From NCBI RefSeq assembly GCF_016433145.1, contig NC_058131.1, forward strand, positions 534,065,642 through 534,129,641: a DNA stretch of 64,000 bases, written 5' to 3'. The stretch's first letter is position 1; every line of letters begins with the position of its first letter. Source of the stretch: Gracilinanus agilis (taxonomy: Eukaryota). The notes under the pieces are model-generated. The model ran no database searches, was not told where the DNA came from, and saw only the letters and a list, made by a program, of their open reading frames with translations. Position numbers and translations under genes: made by a program. Positions 63,491-64,000 of the stretch are shown here, in pieces.

Positions 63491-64000
63491 TGGTTTCCAG
63501 AGCTTACCAAAGCCAAAGATTCTAAGATTCTATGTTTCTGACATTAATGGTAAAAGATTCTTGTAAGCCATCAGTGAACAAACATTTATTAAGCACTTAT
63601 TATGTTCCAGGCACTAGCCTAGGTCTTGGAGATACATAAACAATAAAGCAAGAGAAAGATTCATTTTTATTATGCTTTTGCTTAGGCTTGGCCTTTCCAG
63701 AAGTTAAATAGGATATAGTGGTCTTCAAAATGGAGTTGAACTTGGAATCTCACTCTTCCACTTTCTTTCTTTTCCTTTAGTAAAGTAAATTTAACTTGCA
63801 TAATGCCATAGTGTCTATATTCATACATAAGAAGTCTGGTCATTTGATAAGGCAAGCTAGCTTAATTCATAGTAATGTAGTGGAAAATAATGAGTTAACC
63901 TTTTTAAAACTCTTTGGAAACCCTTGGATGAATACACATTTTGTTCTGGGGATCTGCCAAATCCTGACTATCTTTTATGAAGGAGGCAGCAAAAGAGCTC

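Larger units (their letters stand above)
6383..64000 (+). other. MEIS2: 5' part (>57 kb) of the large MEIS2 intron that splits the homeodomain (intron 8 equivalent)
   Basis: Starts with a GTAAGT donor. The next exon (HPYPSEEQKKQLAQDTGL...) was not found by eye in the remaining window. Confidence 0.85.

Noticed and set aside
1-64000. tRNA, snRNA or miRNA genes, CpG-island promoter, prokaryotic systems, CRISPR array
   Set aside because: The tRNA-like A/B boxes all belong to SINE heads, CpG is depleted throughout, and there are no repeat-spacer arrays or operon-like ORFs.

Overview
Eukaryotic genomic DNA (AT-rich, CpG-depleted), almost certainly from a marsupial and probably an opossum such as Monodelphis, judged from CORE-SINE/MAR1, SINE1_Mdo-like and RTE repeats. 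The window lies inside MEIS2 on the + strand. It holds one coding exon, 6237-6382 (146 nt, matching exon 8), which encodes the acidic linker, the basic tract and helix 1 of the TALE homeodomain. The ORF track misses this exon. About 6.2 kb of the upstream intron precedes it and more than 57 kb of the downstream intron follows; I did not find the next exon (HPYPSEEQKK...). The rest is old L2, L3/CR1, L1, RTE and MIR/MAR1 fragments, younger SINEs, four hAT MITE copies, microsatellites, seven N-runs and several TE-poor, motif-dense blocks that may be conserved enhancers. The listed ORFs are chance ORFs, N-run artefacts or LINE remnants. There are no prokaryotic features, CRISPR arrays or recognisable RNA genes. 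I found no clearly new biological system. The best leads are a ~75-bp templated local insertion inside a MIR, N-runs that may hide conserved elements, candidate TALE/POU/FOX autoregulatory clusters, a self-complementary element near 43.7 kb, a ~200-nt AG-free T tract before the exon and an in-frame 33-nt pseudo-microexon. TE family names and boundaries are by eye and approximate, and conservation could not be measured here.
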